Below, one piece after another: positions 62,832-64,000 of a DNA stretch of 64,000 nt (position 1 is the first letter of the stretch; every line of letters starts with the position of its first letter). Position numbers and translations under genes: made by a program. Under the pieces are notes generated by a model. The model was not told the DNA's origin. It did no database searches and saw nothing but the letters and a program-made list of their open reading frames with translations. The stretch comes from Octopus sinensis. Lineage: Eukaryota. The stretch is from positions 14,384,001 through 14,448,000 of the forward strand of contig NC_043025.1 in assembly GCF_006345805.1 (NCBI RefSeq), in the 5' to 3' direction.

Positions 62832-64000
62832 GATGATGATGGTGGTGGTGGTGGTGGCGGTGATGATGATGATGACGATGATGATGATGATGATGACGAT
62901 GACGGTGGTAATGATGATGATGATGATGATGACGATGGTGTGATGACGGTGGTGGTGATGATGACGATGACGATGGCTGTGGTGGTGCTGACGGTGGTGA
63001 TGGTAATGACGCCATCCTTACGTTTTCCATGACGCCATAGAGGAGGCGATGTGCCGAAACCTAACCATATGGTAAGTTCCGAGATGGACGACGGACGATC
63101 CATATGGAGAGACAGGGAGAGAGAGAGAGAAAGAGAGAGAGAGAAGGAGAGGGAGGGAGGGAGAGGAGCACCTGTGTCAATAGCTTCTGTTTACAGTACA
63201 GCAGGAAAACACGTATATGACCCTCCCCACAGACACATTACTATGTGTGTGTGTATATATACAGACATATACACGACATGTATGTATGTATGTATGTATG
63301 TATGTATGTATGTATGTATGCATACGAGTATTTACGTATGTATATACGCATGTGCATATATATGCACGTATGCATGAATGTATGTATATATATATATGTA
63401 CATATGCATAAATGAATGTATGCACGCATAAATGTATATATGAACGAATGTATGCATGTATATATGTATGTACGTACGTATGTATGTGTATATGCATGTA
63501 CGTATGGTATACATGTATGTATGTATATGTATGTATATATATACGTATGTATGTATATATTGTATGTAGTCAGTATGTTTATATGTATCTACATATTATG
63601 TATGTATATATGTATGCACGTATTGTATGTATGTATGTATGTATGTATGTATATGTATACTTATGTATGTACATATTATGTATGTATATATGAATGTACG
63701 TATGTATATATATACGAATGTATGTTATATATGAATGGCTGTATGCTACATCTGTACGTATGTTACAAAGGTATGCACGTATGTCTACCTGTATGCAAGT
63801 ACCTACGTCCATGTAAGTGCAGGCATAATCCATCTTAGGTCTACAATTTGGTTCCATCACCTGCGACTTAACTCGGAAAACATTGTAACAAGGAAAAATA
63901 AAATCGTTCTATTTAAAAAATATTTTGACCCATATCTGTTTTAATAATTGGTTTCTAAGTATTGTCACGCATTTTATGTGATATTTTTCCTCTCCAAGAC

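Noticed and set aside
60471-63860. Long ORFs rich in Y/I/H/T/C/V/M (and similar ones at 7060-7533, 30509-30865, 49074-49453)
   Set aside because: They are translations of (TA)n/(CA)n/(TG)n microsatellites, which lack stops in some frames.

Overview
AT-rich, microsatellite-dense animal genomic DNA. The SINE/LINE landscape suggests a cephalopod, probably Octopus (inference). The only host gene I can support is an SGSM1/2-like (RUTBC; RUN + TBC Rab-GAP) gene on the minus strand. Seven consecutive coding exons were recovered by hand (26434-26509, 23915-24080, 15546-15680, 14499-14566, 8520-8674, 7757-7897, 5730-5860). All have GT-AG boundaries and join in frame (872 nt) across the RUN domain and the start of the PH-like region. 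The upstream N-terminal exon(s) and the downstream PH/TBC exons were not found and may lie outside the window. The rest is intronic or upstream sequence filled with several tRNA-headed SINE families, 3' fragments of RTE, CR1/L2 and R4/Dong-like LINEs, a decayed Tc1/mariner composite, MITEs, (TA)n-embedded fold-back elements, minisatellites and two recent tandem duplications. Most ORFs in the supplied track are microsatellite or repeat artefacts. I found no clearly new biological system. The best leads are a four-copy AGGTCA DR4 array, long intronic hairpins, a Tc1-mariner junction carrying a perfect RFX X-box, a candidate recursive splice site and two frame-compatible candidate alternative exons.
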